Positions 24,346 through 37,545 of a DNA stretch of 64,000 nt are shown here, one piece after another. This DNA is from Podospora anserina (Eukaryota), in NCBI GenBank assembly GCA_017654855.1, contig JAFMPO010000001.1, positions 558,001-622,000 of the forward strand, given 5' to 3'. How positions within the stretch are numbered: position 1 is the stretch's first letter; every line of letters starts with the position of its first letter. Position numbers and translations under genes: made by a program. The notes below the pieces were generated by a model. It was not told where the DNA came from and did no database searches. It saw nothing but the letters and a program-made list of their open reading frames with translations.

Positions 24346-26469
24346 ATGAGATCGGCAGCTTTGTGAGCCTTCCTCCCGCGCCTGTTGCCGCATGCGCCGT
24401 CCTCTGTCTCCCCGGTTTCCGTTAGCAGCTGCTAGGTGGCTCTGTGCTACACCTAGCTGGCAGTACGTTGGCAGTACCACCTAGCAAGCACCGTCCTACC
24501 GGCGCACAAGTGTTTTGCAGTGGTGCAGCAGGGGGGAGCCTGGGGACACCGAGCATCGCGTTGTGGACGCCCTGCTTGTGGACGAACTGGCTTGACACTA
24601 CCTGCCTGCCCCATCATTGTTCCCCCTTCTGCATGGTTCTGAGGCGTGGCCGCGTGTGCTGACCCGAAGTCTCTATTCTCACAGCTTCACCCAGGGGTCC
24701 ACTAACAGTTTGTCAACGATACCGGAAGCACCAACGCAGCCTTCCTCCTATTTAAGCCTGATCCCACCGCCTCCCGTCACTCCGTACTCCCCTGAAGGCG
24801 GTCATTATTATTCTTCCGCCCCCCCCGTCTTCCCCGGCCTGGACGTCAGGCCTCGACTGGGCTCCAAGTACGTGATACACTTAGCTTCTTTTCTGCCTTC
24901 TCGTTATGAGCTCGCCATCCCATGGCGCACTCGATTCTCCCCAGCGCTTACAGCTGTAGCAGTAGCACATCGAGCCCCTCGGGCATGGCACATGCCCCTC
25001 GGTCCACAACATTGCCGCATCCAGGATCACACTTGGGTGCTGCGCGTGATATCTACGCGACAGGGACGCCCTCCTTCAACAGGCGCCAGCCAGATCACCA
25101 CTTTATCCCGCGGTCCCCCTCCTTCCCTTCACGACGGCCTCACCTTTCGCCCACCAACAGCCCGGCCAGTTACGCCTCTCTCAAGATGGACTCTGGATTC
25201 GGGTCCAAGTCGCAGCAAAACATCCCGCCACTGGGAAGTTTGACACAACACGGCCATTTGTCATATGCTGACCAGAATTCGACTCCCATCAAGGTGGACA
25301 TCAACGGCATCATCGACAAGGGCTTTTTCCTGGCCGACAATGAGTGGACTTGCTATAGACGCAACTACTTCTCATGCATTTGCTCATTCTCTCTGTCGCC
25401 CGTGCTCCCGCATGCGGGCATCCAGTTCCAGCCAACGGGATCTACACAGGCGCACACAGTGTTCGGCTTCGCCATGTGTATTTCTGCGGTCGTGGCAGAC
25501 AATGACAACCACTCCATTGAGCTCGTCCAGCACACGCCCAAGCGAGACAAAGGGCCAATCGCCAAGCCAGAGAAAGTCCGGCTCTCAGCAAAGCCGCAGC
25601 AGGCTACACACCATCCACTCGCATTGTACGGGCCAGACGGCGGCCTCGCATCCTCCAGGCCCTACGATCAAGGCTTTGGTGCTCCTCCGCAGAATTCGGC
25701 TCCCACTGAACACACATTTGAGCGTATTCAGTTCAAGCAGGCCACGGCCAACAACGGCAAGAGGAGGGCTGCACAGCAATACTATCACCTTATCGTGGAG
25801 CTGTGGGCAGATGTTGGGCAGCAGCAGGGCTCAGACTCGTACATTAAAGTTGCGCACAAAAAGTCTGCCAAGATGATCGTGCGTGGGCGCTCTCCTGGAC
25901 ACTACCAGCCCGAGAGGAGGGGAAGCACGAGCAGCGGGCCTGGAGGTTCTGGCGGCGGCAGTGTCGGCGGAGGCTTTCCGCCGGGACTGATGGGCCCCGG
26001 TGGTGAATATTCTACCGGATCATCCATACTCCAGGGAGGGTATCCATCGTACGACCCTCGTTCTAATCCGTATGGCGGTACTCGACATCACCACGAGCTC
26101 ACCATGGAGCCCATGATCTCGGCGGATGAGGTCAAGGCCATCGCCGAAACGAAGGGCTATCAATACTACCCTGCAACAATTTATGAGAGCGAACACGATC
26201 CGAGACATCACCAGCATCACCCAGTTGAACTCTTCACGCACTCGCGTCACGATGCCTCGGACAGCGGGACCAACAGCTCCATGAGTACAGGATTCGACCC
26301 AGCCAAGGTGAAGCCTGAGATGGAAGGGCTTCCAAGCATCTTCTACCCACCACAGTCCTACTACGCCAACAACCGCTGCAGCCGGTTCGAAGGCAAGCCG
26401 AGCTCGGCTGGACATTACCCTACGCTCATTCCACCGCCTTCTTCTTCTTCCGCAATGAACATGACGTGA
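24346..26469 (+). CDS. fsd-1: NDT80/PhoG-family transcription factor, Fsd-1/NdtA (Ndt80-orthologous) type; main exon 24945-26469, probable exon 24685-24867, first exon uncertain (e.g. 24346-24362); in-frame ATG also at 24922
   Basis: Ndt80 domain motifs IDKGFFLADNEWTCYRRNYF, ELVQHTPKRDKGP, FERIQFKQATANNGKRRAAQQYY and IVRGRSPGHY. As I recall them, these match the Ndt80/Fsd-1 clade rather than Vib-1/XprG. Confidence 0.9.
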
Positions 26470-29400
26470 TAGACACACGACGCCGGTCAGCTTGTACCTA
26501 TTTGACGTAACGACACATTTTCTACCAACGGCTTGGGCGCTCCACGACTTTGAACGAGCCAGCGAGCGATGATCTACTCTTTACACAACAGCTTTGCAAA
26601 ATCTCATGAACAATATATAACCAAAAAAGAAAAAAAAAAGTGGAAGAAAAGGTGGTTGAACATCAAGAGCATTTTTCTATTCTTCCGGTTCTTGATCTCT
26701 CAGGCTGGAAAGCACAAAAGGTCTCTAGAGCTTATCGAGCCTGTCGGGAATAGGCACAAGGAAATCGGTTATCAAGAGCTGGACGGGCAAACTGGATTCT
26801 ACGGGGCATGGATTTTTCGGCTTTTCTATCTTTGTTGTGCTTGGCAGTAATGGAGGGGTGATTGCTACACGGCACGGTGGTTTGAACAGCTTACCTGATG
26901 CTGGCCACAACACACGCCACACACCACAGACACACACACACGCATGCGATATGGGTATGAGTACGGATACATACACGGGACTTGGGATCGGAAAGAACAC
27001 CAAACGGTTGGGTTGTTACTGGGAGGAATTTTTGTCGGCTTATTTGCTTCTACTTCTATTGATCTTTCCTGCTTTTCGGCTTAGGAAAGTTGTTTAAAAA
27101 GGGTTTTAGGTACAAGGGTCGGAACCACCAGGTCAGAGAGCATTGCAAGGATACCCGGGTGCATCGTCTTTAATTTCTGTTTTTGTCTTTTTTATTTGCC
27201 TTGTCAGATTTCACCAACCCAACCCACCACACGTTGCGTTTCATTTACTTTACTTCTTGGACGTTGTTGCCTTTCAGCGATCATCGGTATGTGTTTGTCT
27301 TTGGCGGCGAGATATCGGCGCAGGGAGGTTGAACGACGGCCTGTGTCACCTACCAACAACACCTCAGCCGCGTCAGTCGGGTTCAAGGGAACAAGCCGAA
27401 ACAGACTTTCTTGCAAGTGCTGCAGAATAGTGTCTGTACTGTCAGGGTGGCCACGAGGGAACCGCAAGGATGATTTTGGCCCAGGCCAGGCCGCTGAGAA
27501 ATTCAGGACCTTTGCGATAGGAACAGGTAGATGGGGCAGACACAGGACCGACAGACGGGCAGCACTGAGCGTGGGCGATCAAAAACACGGCTCATACAAC
27601 TCGGAACAGGGAATGGGGAAATGGTTGGATGGGCGCAGGGGAAAACCTTGCGAGGGCTCAGATCACGAACGCCCCTAAATCCGTTCAAGGTTGTTGGTAG
27701 CTCCGGCTTTCGCTCGTCTGCGGGGATTTCCATTCTGGCGTGTTCATTTTGTTATTTCCACTCCCTTTCTTTTTTTCTAACATTCAATGTATTCATCTTT
27801 GTTCTGACTTGGTCAAACCAGCCTGTCAAGCTGATCTGTCTACCGTATTGGCCGCTTTGCCCTGTTCGCGCTTCTGGTTCATCCATTTCAGTGTACCCAG
27901 CGCGTCAAAATAACGGGCAGGACCCAGGTGCAAGATTGTCAACCGTGTAACACGAACACCTTCAGCCAAGCATGACTAGGACCTAACAAGAGCAAGGCCA
28001 TTGTACGTTGGTGCGAGGCACAGGCGCAACACCTCTCTAGTCCCCACGACAGAAGTTAGTGTGGCAGTCCATTTCTCATCTAATGTAACACAAGAATCGA
28101 AGCTTGGTTGCACAAGGGACTCGAACACCGAAGGATCGCCCCAGCAGCTGATTGCGGTTGGTTGGTTCTCCGCCAGAATCTGACGGCCGGTGACACGAGG
28201 CAGACGAGAAGCGCCACGGCCCTTAACCTCTACCGCCAAACCTCGCACAAACTCTGTCTTGACCTCAAACACCTGGGGCTATCTAAATGCGACCCTGATA
28301 TTATGGCTTCAGAGCATGCTGCATACTCCAGGGGTGGGTAGAGGGAATACAGTTATCACGCAACCTCGGAGGACCATTTTGAACAGATTGGATCTGACTA
28401 ATCTGCTCTGTTGGTTTTCGTGTCCCCTTGGTTTTGCCTGTCAGGAGATGCGGAAGGACCCGGTGGTTGCATCTGAGGAACATGCTGACCAGCGGTGATA
28501 AGGTGACCCCAAAAGGGCAACGGCTTCACAAAAAGGCGGGGTACCTCCCATCATTATGCCTTCTGCTTCACCTATACCTTGAAGAGTTGAAAGGATCGCA
28601 AATCGAATACGTGGAGACTTGCATTCTAGGTTGGCCCGGACTATACGACGCGGCCCCGGGATGCTTCGAGAGCTCCATGCTGCAGGTGGCTGGCTGCCCG
28701 GCTTGATCTGACGGCCGGAAGGCCGGGATGGCATCACACTCATCGCATCGCACTGGACTCGCGTTTTTAAATTCCCCACAGTGACGAGTTGCTCTGCCAC
28801 GTTTCAAGTAAGTGATTCCAATCGCTGCTGCAGTTGTATGGCTGTGTGCGTACCCGCAAGTCTGCCTCAACCTGGGTGGCCCGGCCATCTTTCCGCAGTT
28901 TCCATGGCCACAATGGGTGGAAGGACCTACTCTCGTCCTCGCGAATGTCTCTAGCTAGGTCCTCTGCTCTTTCCTATCTGCCTTCGTGTGAGGGTGGGTA
29001 AGCCGCAGCAAACAATCTCATCACTATGCACGCCATGGAAATGCAACATGTCAAAAAACCGTACACCAATTTGAGCAAAAAAAGAGCGCTACAACCAGCA
29101 AGGAAAACCGCCAGATTCATGACGCCCCCCCACCATGCAGAACGACCCTGGGGAGGATGCCAGCTGATTGCCACACTTTGTTGTTTTCACCTCCCCGGGC
29201 CATCATGTAACTGTATTACGACACAGCACATTCTTCCAGCAGCATCTTGAACCACGGTCATATCGCCATTTTTCAAAATTCGGCGGGGACGGTCATTTGA
29301 GGTTGTACAGCCCTGAACGCTTGGCTGTGTCGTGTCACCGCCTATCCGCCCATCTGCCGAAGAGGCCGGTCTGGGGCTGGTCCACCCTCCCTCCTACCTC

Positions 29401-32400
29401 AGGATGACTTGCATGAACCGAGCTCGAAGGGCCAGCAACACATTATGTCCGTCTCATAACCTGCTCAGTAGTCTATGCCTCTTTTTGCTTCCTCCTAAGC
29501 TAACGGGCAGCAGGCTTAACAACCCGTCCGCCAAGAGTCAGCACCCCATCCCCAAAGCAGCCGGCATGCCATCCGTGCACACCGGTCTGCTAGCTCTCGT
29601 CATCATTGGGTTGTTCACCAACGAGAGAGTTTCATTTCTCGGTCCAGTCCACCCCCCGGAAATCACACCCTGTGCCGATGCATCGCTGCCAATGCACTGC
29701 CTCGAACTCATATTGAGGATAACCCCACCGAACCTTTCAGGCCGCGGAAGCCAGCCCCGTTGATTCGACCGAATCCCCAACTACAACACAACAAGCTGAG
29801 TCACAGATGTCCTGGCTGCGCAGAACCTTAGGCACCCTCCATGAGAAATCACTGGCAGGAAGGGGAGTGGATGTCACCGGGTGACCAAAGGCGCGGCGCA
29901 GTGTTAGCAACTTAACCCGGCCGGAGGTCCCTCGTTCGGCTGCTCCGTGCAGAACACTGTCATAAGAAATCAAGCAGCGAAAGATCAAGGAAGGCTTCGG
30001 AGACTGGAGGCCAAAAGCGCAGGCGCTAGTGGGAGCCATAGGGGCTCCTGGCTCTTCATAGCGTATGGTGGTGGTGCCAGAACCCTGCAAGTGCGCCATG
30101 GCAAGCGTTTGGGGGTCTGTGTTTCCACCGCCGGCGATCTGTCACTTTACACGGCACCGAAGGCACTTCTCCAACTGGGGGGACAACCGCTGGGACTCCC
30201 CGCACCTTTCGTACACCCCAACTCGACCCGAGAGAGCGGTAGAGGGGCTTGAGCCCCCCCGCAATGGGAGCGCCATTGGGAACACAACAGGACGGACAGC
30301 GCAGTAGCGTAGTGCCCAGGGCCATTTGTGCTATCCGCAACGCGAGGGCAGATGGTTGGGAACACCGTTTCTTGGTTCTTCTCATGTGGCTCTATCCATT
30401 TGATTCCCACTGCTGAAACTCCGAGAGCTTTCGGCGAAATATAAACCAGGCACAAGGCGAAGGTTGGCGATTGGTAAGAGACGATCAAGGAAAGCCCGAA
30501 CCCGATCTCCGTTCCGCGTCAGCACGTGTGGACAACTCCGTAGTTTCGGGCGCGAACGGAGCAAACCTCGGGGTTGTTGTGCGGCGCAGTCACCCAGCTT
30601 GCACTAGAACGGGCCGGACGAACAGCATCATCAGGCCTCAACCACTGAACCAACACCAGAGGCCAAGCAGGGTAGGGGCAAGCTCACTGGAAGCGTCTGT
30701 TGTCTAAATAAGGTTTCGGGGCTAAGTCGCCTAAAACCACAAGGATCACCATCACCCTGGGGGCTGCCCCCACCGTGCCCACTTGTGTCCAGGGCTTGAC
30801 CTGTTGCCAAGGCGCGCTGCTTCTGCTCGTCCCGCCCTTGGTGTCGTCGCACAAACCTCTGAACAGCAACACACGAAGTCGGGCCTGCCGCCATGCACAA
30901 GGCTCACGAACCAATTTTGAAGAGTTGGGACACGCTTGTCTTCTGTGGGTGGGGCAGGAGATATCGTGCCATGAAGAAAGAGACAAAAACCGGGCTAAAT
31001 CTGTTTCCCTAGCACACCCCCCTGAATACAAGATACGAGATCTCCGTAACTAGCTCCGAAAGTTCTGAGCTGGACGCACCGAGGCTTGAAAGTAATCAAC
31101 GAACTGTTTTCGACTAGAAGGCCGATAACGGCAGCGAGACAGTGCAAGACATTGACATATGGCTGACGCTGAGTCTCGATCCCGACAAACCATTACGCCT
31201 TGTACCTCCATCTCTTGGACCTGGTTTTGCCAGATAGGAGTGGTACTGCACCACCAAACTCAACACCATCACGCTACCACAGCATTATGCTGGTGCAACG
31301 CGGCTGCCGTTGCGGCCCGTGTTTTGGTTGCTGCAGCGTCCTTTCAGAAAGTAATCATTGTTGGATGTTGTTTCACCTCGGTCTAACGACCTTGCCGGAT
31401 CGTCCCGCTGCCGTCAAGTGATGACTGGTCTTGTCTTGGCCGATACTATTTTCTTCTGACCGGCTCTTGACTTTTTTCACGTTTGCCATGTGCCTCTGCT
31501 CTTGTCGGTCCGGCCTTCGCCGGGGGGTCTGCGACGAACCCCTGCAGCCAGCCGCCATCTCCGATCCGCTCTGCGGGAAGGCTTCGGTCCCGGAGCTCCA
31601 TCTCCGAGAGCGATGGGCGAAATCCCGCTGTCATCCCAACAGCATATTCCAGTCAGCTGCAATTGCCGCTGTCGGTGTAAAAATCACGGTGAGGTCAGCC
31701 TTGTCCTGCATCTGTTTCATTTATTTCTTCTTGTCAGCCGTGGCTGGTGATGAATGATGTTCCATTGTAAGTAAAGCCACCATCTTGGGCGGTCTTTTAG
31801 CGGAACAAGCCGACGGGACCAATCTGCGTGCATGCTGCGGTGATGAATCTTACAGCCTCAAACATTGGGGGGCGGGGTGGGAGCTACTTGCGTGATGCAA
31901 CGGGCTTTGGGCATATCCATCTGGTGGCTGGGTGAGGTTGGAGTTTGGTGATCGACAAAGACCGGGGGAATTGGGGCTTCCCGTGGTTGGCGCTGGCTGG
32001 CTACCGGGAATGAAGGTGTATATACCACAAGTGTTAGGCTGACCGCTTGTTTGGTGGGATATTTGCTCGTCTTGGGGTTGCCATTTGGCGGGATTAAAAA
32101 AGGGCTGGTGGCAAATATTTGGGCGAGTTTATTGTCTGGCAGGTGCTGTTGGTGGAATCGCGCCAGAGAACGGGAACTGTTGCTGGGACTAACAGCTTTT
32201 TGCACCGAGACTTGGTTGCAGTAGGCTTGGGTCACACAGCAGATACAACTTCACCTAAGTTGGTAGGGCTGAGATGTGTGCGTGTAGGCCGTTTGGTAAA
32301 AGTGACTTGTATGTATGTATGCATGCCTGTCGATCGTCAAAAATGACAGAAAAGACATGAAACGCTGGGGTTGTTGTAGGTGTGTGGTTGGTTGGATTGT

Positions 32401-34933
32401 GCGGTCCATTCAGAAGACGAAATGAGAGGGGGGGTGGGGATACACGAGTGGCTGTATTGGCTGGATTTATTCGCGAGGCTGGATATGCCCCGGTGGATGG
32501 ATCTTTACAATTGGACCTACCTATCACTGGCGAAGAGCCGCATGAAAAGAGGGGGCTGTGCCTGAGGTCGACGGTGGAAGGCGACATATACGACGGCGAG
32601 AAGCATAGATTAATCGCCCACCATTCATGAAGCCTCCCTCAGCCTTGTGAGGTTATCCTTCGGCCATTGTTATGTTTGAGAAATGGACCTTGCGCCTCTT
32701 ATTCCGGAGGGCGGGGGTTGAGTTTACTCCGGATTCCGGTTGCAGGTTTGTGGCTGGAGCTGGCGTGTGGAGCGTGAGTGATGTCTTCTGAATGAACCTG
32801 GAAAGGCCAAAGGGAGCTGAGCGGATTTGGGGCAGTTAGGTCCATGGGGGTGAGCAGTGACGTTGGTGGCTACAAGGTTCACGGAGATGGGGTGGTATTG
32901 GTGGTGTTGATAGTTTTCTTTTCGGTGTGTGGAGGGCCTGCGCACGGGTGGTCATGCAGAAGGGAATTGTCATTGCCGTGGGTCGGTGATGGAGGTGCGG
33001 GCTAGAATGTGTCGAAATGTATTCGCCGATTTCCTGATTGGGAGCTGTGGATGAGTATGCAACACAGGTCCTGAGCATCGAGCTTGGCCATGACGAGCTG
33101 AGGGTGAGAGAAATTCTCGCCGGTCTGGATTTCCACCATCGTCTGGGGTGGGGTGAGAGCAGCGGAAACCGTTTTTCTGTTTGGAAGTGTGGTTGTGGAT
33201 TCCATACTGTTTACCCATACTGTCAAGACGAGACCATTCCCTTTCTAGCTTAGAGCTGGGGAAAAGTTGTCTTTGTACCTCTAACTGGGCGGAACGTACC
33301 CTCTTGTTTCATCCATGTATCTTTTTTTCTTTTCGTTTTAAGTGGGTGTGGGAAGAACGAAAAAAATGCAGTGTCTTGGTTTTTGAGATTTGGGCATGCA
33401 AGCCCACGATCTCTGACTGGTTAGCACAGGGTCTTCGAGAGCGAGACATGCATGGGATTAGAAAGAGTATCCTGTTGTTCCTTTTTTCTTCAGCGCTTTC
33501 TGACGCACACGTGGATGAGGGAAAGCGGGATTTTCAGCTGGGGTCGTCAATGTTTCGGAGTGAGTCTATCATTGATCTTTTGGAAGGGTACCGGTGAGGT
33601 TATTGACAACTTGTTTGATGGCACCGGTGAGAAAATGACCTGATGAGATGCCTGTAGTTTTCTTTTCGGGTCCTAGCTATCCGTTCTGCTTAGTTTGATG
33701 GAAGATACCGCTGTCATCGGCGTGGTGAGAATATGCCCATTCATGATAACGCGGCAGAAGCCGATGGTGTTCGGACCTCAGAAAGTATGATGAGAGCATG
33801 CCCTCAAGAGGCAAAGCAGTCCCGCGCAACATCCGGGTGAAGTTGTCAAATGGTGTGGGGGTCAGATGATGACCGATAGGGCAATCCCGACCATCGCTCC
33901 AATCAAATATCGCGGCCTTCGGTTCAGTGATAAATAATCGTTTGCGTCAAGTCCGAAAAGTCATTTTTGAAGATGACCATGCTGTCAGTCGGTGAAATGG
34001 TGAGTCAAAGTCAGCATCTGCCCAATATTGACAGCTCCAATTTCTTGACCTTTACAAACATCCAGCTGCCATCCCGACAAGGGTCACGTCCAAACAGTCG
34101 GGTACCAGCTTATTTCTCGACCGAGATCGTTTCCGGGCCCGGAAGCAACCGTTTCGGAGAAGGCCAGCGTCAGATTCTCTGGCAGTTTGGGTGGCGCTTT
34201 TCAGTTTTCGGGAAGGCCGGGGTGCCGCTAAGCCCTAAAATGTGATCGACCCCAGGGAGTTTGGATTGGGGGGTTCTTGGGGTCTTGGCTGCTGCTTGTC
34301 ATGGTATGTAGGATTGGCAACGACCAACAAACGTGGGAATAGTAACACAAAGCTCACCACTCGGCCGTATTAGATTGATGCGGTAGGGTTTGCTTAATGT
34401 TGGACGGCGGTCAGTCAGTTGAGCCGAGGGCGCATGGTGGAGGCGACGGTTTCGCCCCTGACTACGCGGTTGCCACGATGTTTACTTCCTGCAGGGGAAA
34501 ATCGAGTTTGATCGAGTTTTTCTACTTTCCAATCTGAAGATGATATGTGATTGATTCAGACTATCTCTTGGTATCCGTTGTGCTTCGGGTTTGTCCTGCT
34601 GTGTACACACACTTCCGCTAGGATATGAATAGGGTAGAATGTAATAGGGGGGCGTGTTTACATTGCACAAATAGGGCTAGCCAGACTGACTACCGCGGGG
34701 GTAGGTTTCACACAGAGACTAAGCGCGTTGTCACTTTTAATAGCATAGCTTGGTGTTACAGTACCATTGCGTCTCGTGCCTCGTGTCGAGTCATATAGGA
34801 ATATGTTAGTTGCCATTATAAGCTGAAGGACTCTCGAGTCAGGGGTATAGGTATGGTGTCGTGGAGAAACCGGGTGACAATAGTCACAGGATGATCTCGG
34901 GAATGTGTTATGAAACCGCGCATGAAAATTGTA

Positions 34934-36653
34934 CTATAGATAGGTTTCCTGGTTGTTAAGATCAGGATAGCCGTGGCTGAACGAGGCAATCGTAGATCTC
35001 GGCCAGGTTAACCAACAACTTTGACAGTGTTCCAGAGCATCCTTGAGAAGTTCTTGGGCGCGACTGCGGAGTACTGAGAATGAATATCTCTTCACCAAGA
35101 GTGGCAACATGAATCCGCGCATGTTTGATGCCAGGAAACAGTAGCCAGTCTTACAGCGGGAGGAGCAGAAGCCGACGTAAGACTCCTCTAGCAAGGTGTG
35201 AATACGGCACACAAGCTCAATTGAAGCATTACCGGTGCTATTCTTTGGGGATCCCATTATTTGTGACAGACATGCAAGCGTGACATCGAAGGAAGGAGGC
35301 TTCTCATTAGGGACCCAATTCTTCTCTCAGCTCCCTGACAAACAACAAGGATAGTGTACCACAATCTTAGACACTGTCCCTTCAATCTCTTGGTAGACGC
35401 GTCAAAGTTGGTCATACCATGAGTAGTCACCGAGAATTGTGACACCCACGTTCTCTCTGGATTATGATCAGCACGACGAGCGAATGATAGCTAGTCTTGG
35501 GGGTATTGGTGTAACTGGTGCTTTTGTCGTTGGTGATGGCAGCCAGCCACAGACAGGCTCTTGTGTCACTCGATTATCACCTAACCTTGGGAATAGTCGG
35601 TGATAACATGGTCAGACAGGCACCTTAATCATGTGATATACATTCAGCTGAGCTCTGAAGTAAATCGCGTACAGGCTTACCCTTGATCCCGACACTTTGA
35701 TGGTTCGTCTACCGACTGAAAGTTTCACGCTGCCCCCCCAGGCGCGTAAAGTTATATGAAGAATGAACAAGAGTGTCATATACAAGTTTTAAGACCTTAA
35801 AAGAGTCTGGATATCTGTTAAGAGAGCTCCAAGAAGTTCAAAGTGTCCTCGTCAGGATGATTTACACTGCACTGCGTATTAGTCGTAAATGTATAGATAT
35901 CGACTAGTTAGAACAATATTAGAGTAAAAGACGTCGAGTTCTGGGTTTCCAATATCCCTTTCATCCTCATTCTTCTTGTATCGTACGTTGGTAGGCTTCC
36001 ATGTTACTTCTTGTAGCAGGGCTGACACGAGTAACTAATACCAAGGATTATTCTTTCACCGTTCGGTGAAGGGGAAGATGAGCTTCTCTACCATATACCC
36101 TGCCACACGAAACTGAAGACTACAGGCCCAGCTGTTTCTGAGTGTAACGAGCCATCCCTCAATTATTATGAAGCCCCCGATTAAGGCATTCAGATATGTT
36201 CATCGACCTATTCCAAGTGTGTTCCTTAGAGGCTATCTTGAGCAGCTCTGAAATATTCTTTCGACGACGTTACAAGTCAGGCAAATCCAGTTTGCCTACT
36301 CTGATCAAGAGCTGATTGACAATTTAAGAAATGTCTAGGCTATATAGTTGCAAAAGGTTGACTTCGGCTGACATCAAGGTTAGGTAAATTTGGTGTCAGG
36401 GTAAAATCTCCAAACCCACAGGCAGCAGTTGAGCGCTAGCATCCTAGTTCGAAGCAAAATATCGTAAAATGCTCTGTATGAGGGGGCAGTCTACCTTGAA
36501 AAGAGACTTCATACTTGATGAACTGTTGCAGCAATGACGGAGACTGATTGGGATGACATTGCCAGATCTTCTGGTGGCTGGGGACCACCGTATCATCATG
36601 GGTTGCAAGCAACTGGATGAAAACGACAGTTTCAAGCCATAATCTAGAGTCAT
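34934..36653 (-). pseudogene. Probable decayed protein gene of unknown family
   Basis: Protein-like reading continues across isolated stops and frameshifts over about 1.7 kb, e.g. LIQSILRYFASN*DASAQLLPVGLEILP*HQIYLTLMSAEVNLLQLYSLDIS*IVNQLLIRVGKLDLPDL*; DEDTLNFLEL/LNRYPDSFKVLKLVYDTL; ENVGVTILGDYSWYDQL*RVYQEIEG. The region is visibly more AT-rich than its flanks. Confidence 0.45.
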
Positions 36654-37455
36654 CTTTATATACTGCTATTTACTGAGAGGGTTGTTCGTGTGTCTTTGAC
36701 AATGGGCAGGACCATGGTCAAGCTTGTTTTGTGTTCCGGATATTCCATTCTTCTTACCTTGGTGCTTTCATCGTACTACTTACCATCACGCAAAACGGGT
36801 TCCATGTTCATCATCAAAACACCGGCATGCAGTATGGCTAGAGGAAGACTAACTCTAGCCTAGGAGAACCGTTCCTAACTCTTCTTCCTCCAGCTAAGTC
36901 GAAGGAAACATAAAGTATGATTATTTTTTGCTCTTAAACGTGGCTGATCGGGGTTCGCCTAGTCTGGCAAAAGTCATGTATGCAAGATCAGTATTGACCG
37001 GTGAAGAAGGAAGCATGAACATAACTTCATTGAGTAGAAGCGGACTTTGTTATATACACGAGGAAATGCCACTACCTTACACTGGCATTATTAAGCTTCC
37101 TTACCACGACTATCCTGTAACCCTCAATTCACACTGCACCCATGACCCCTTAACAATGGCGGCAAGACGTCAAAGTTTACCAGGAAGCAGCAAGATTCTC
37201 TTGTTGAGGCTGGCTTTCTAAGCTTTAGCGCTGCGTATTTGCATTCTCTATGCTCATAGACTGAGGGAAGCTGCGGCTGCTGGGGCGACAGTAGGCATGC
37301 TGTCTGTTGTTGAAGCTGGTATATATTCGATAATGATGATATGAATGCACATGCTATGGTATATTACAACTGTCAGATGTTAAAAGGTCGTTGGCAAAGC
37401 AGTGTAGTGTCAATATATATTCTAGGACCAGCAATGGTTCCAACCACAACTAATA

Positions 37456-37545
37456 GGTCCGCTGGCGTAATGGCAGCGCGTCTGACTACGATTCTTCGAG
37501 ATTCAAGTAATCAGGAGGTTCCAGGTTCGACCCCTGGGCGGATCG
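37456..37545 (+). tRNA. tRNA-Arg(ACG) with 18-nt intron (37492-37509)
   Basis: GGTCCGC/GCGGATC acceptor stem, TGGCGTAATGG A-box, TCTGA-CT-ACG-A[intron]A-TCAGG anticodon arm, GGTTCGACCCC B-box. Confidence 0.96.
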
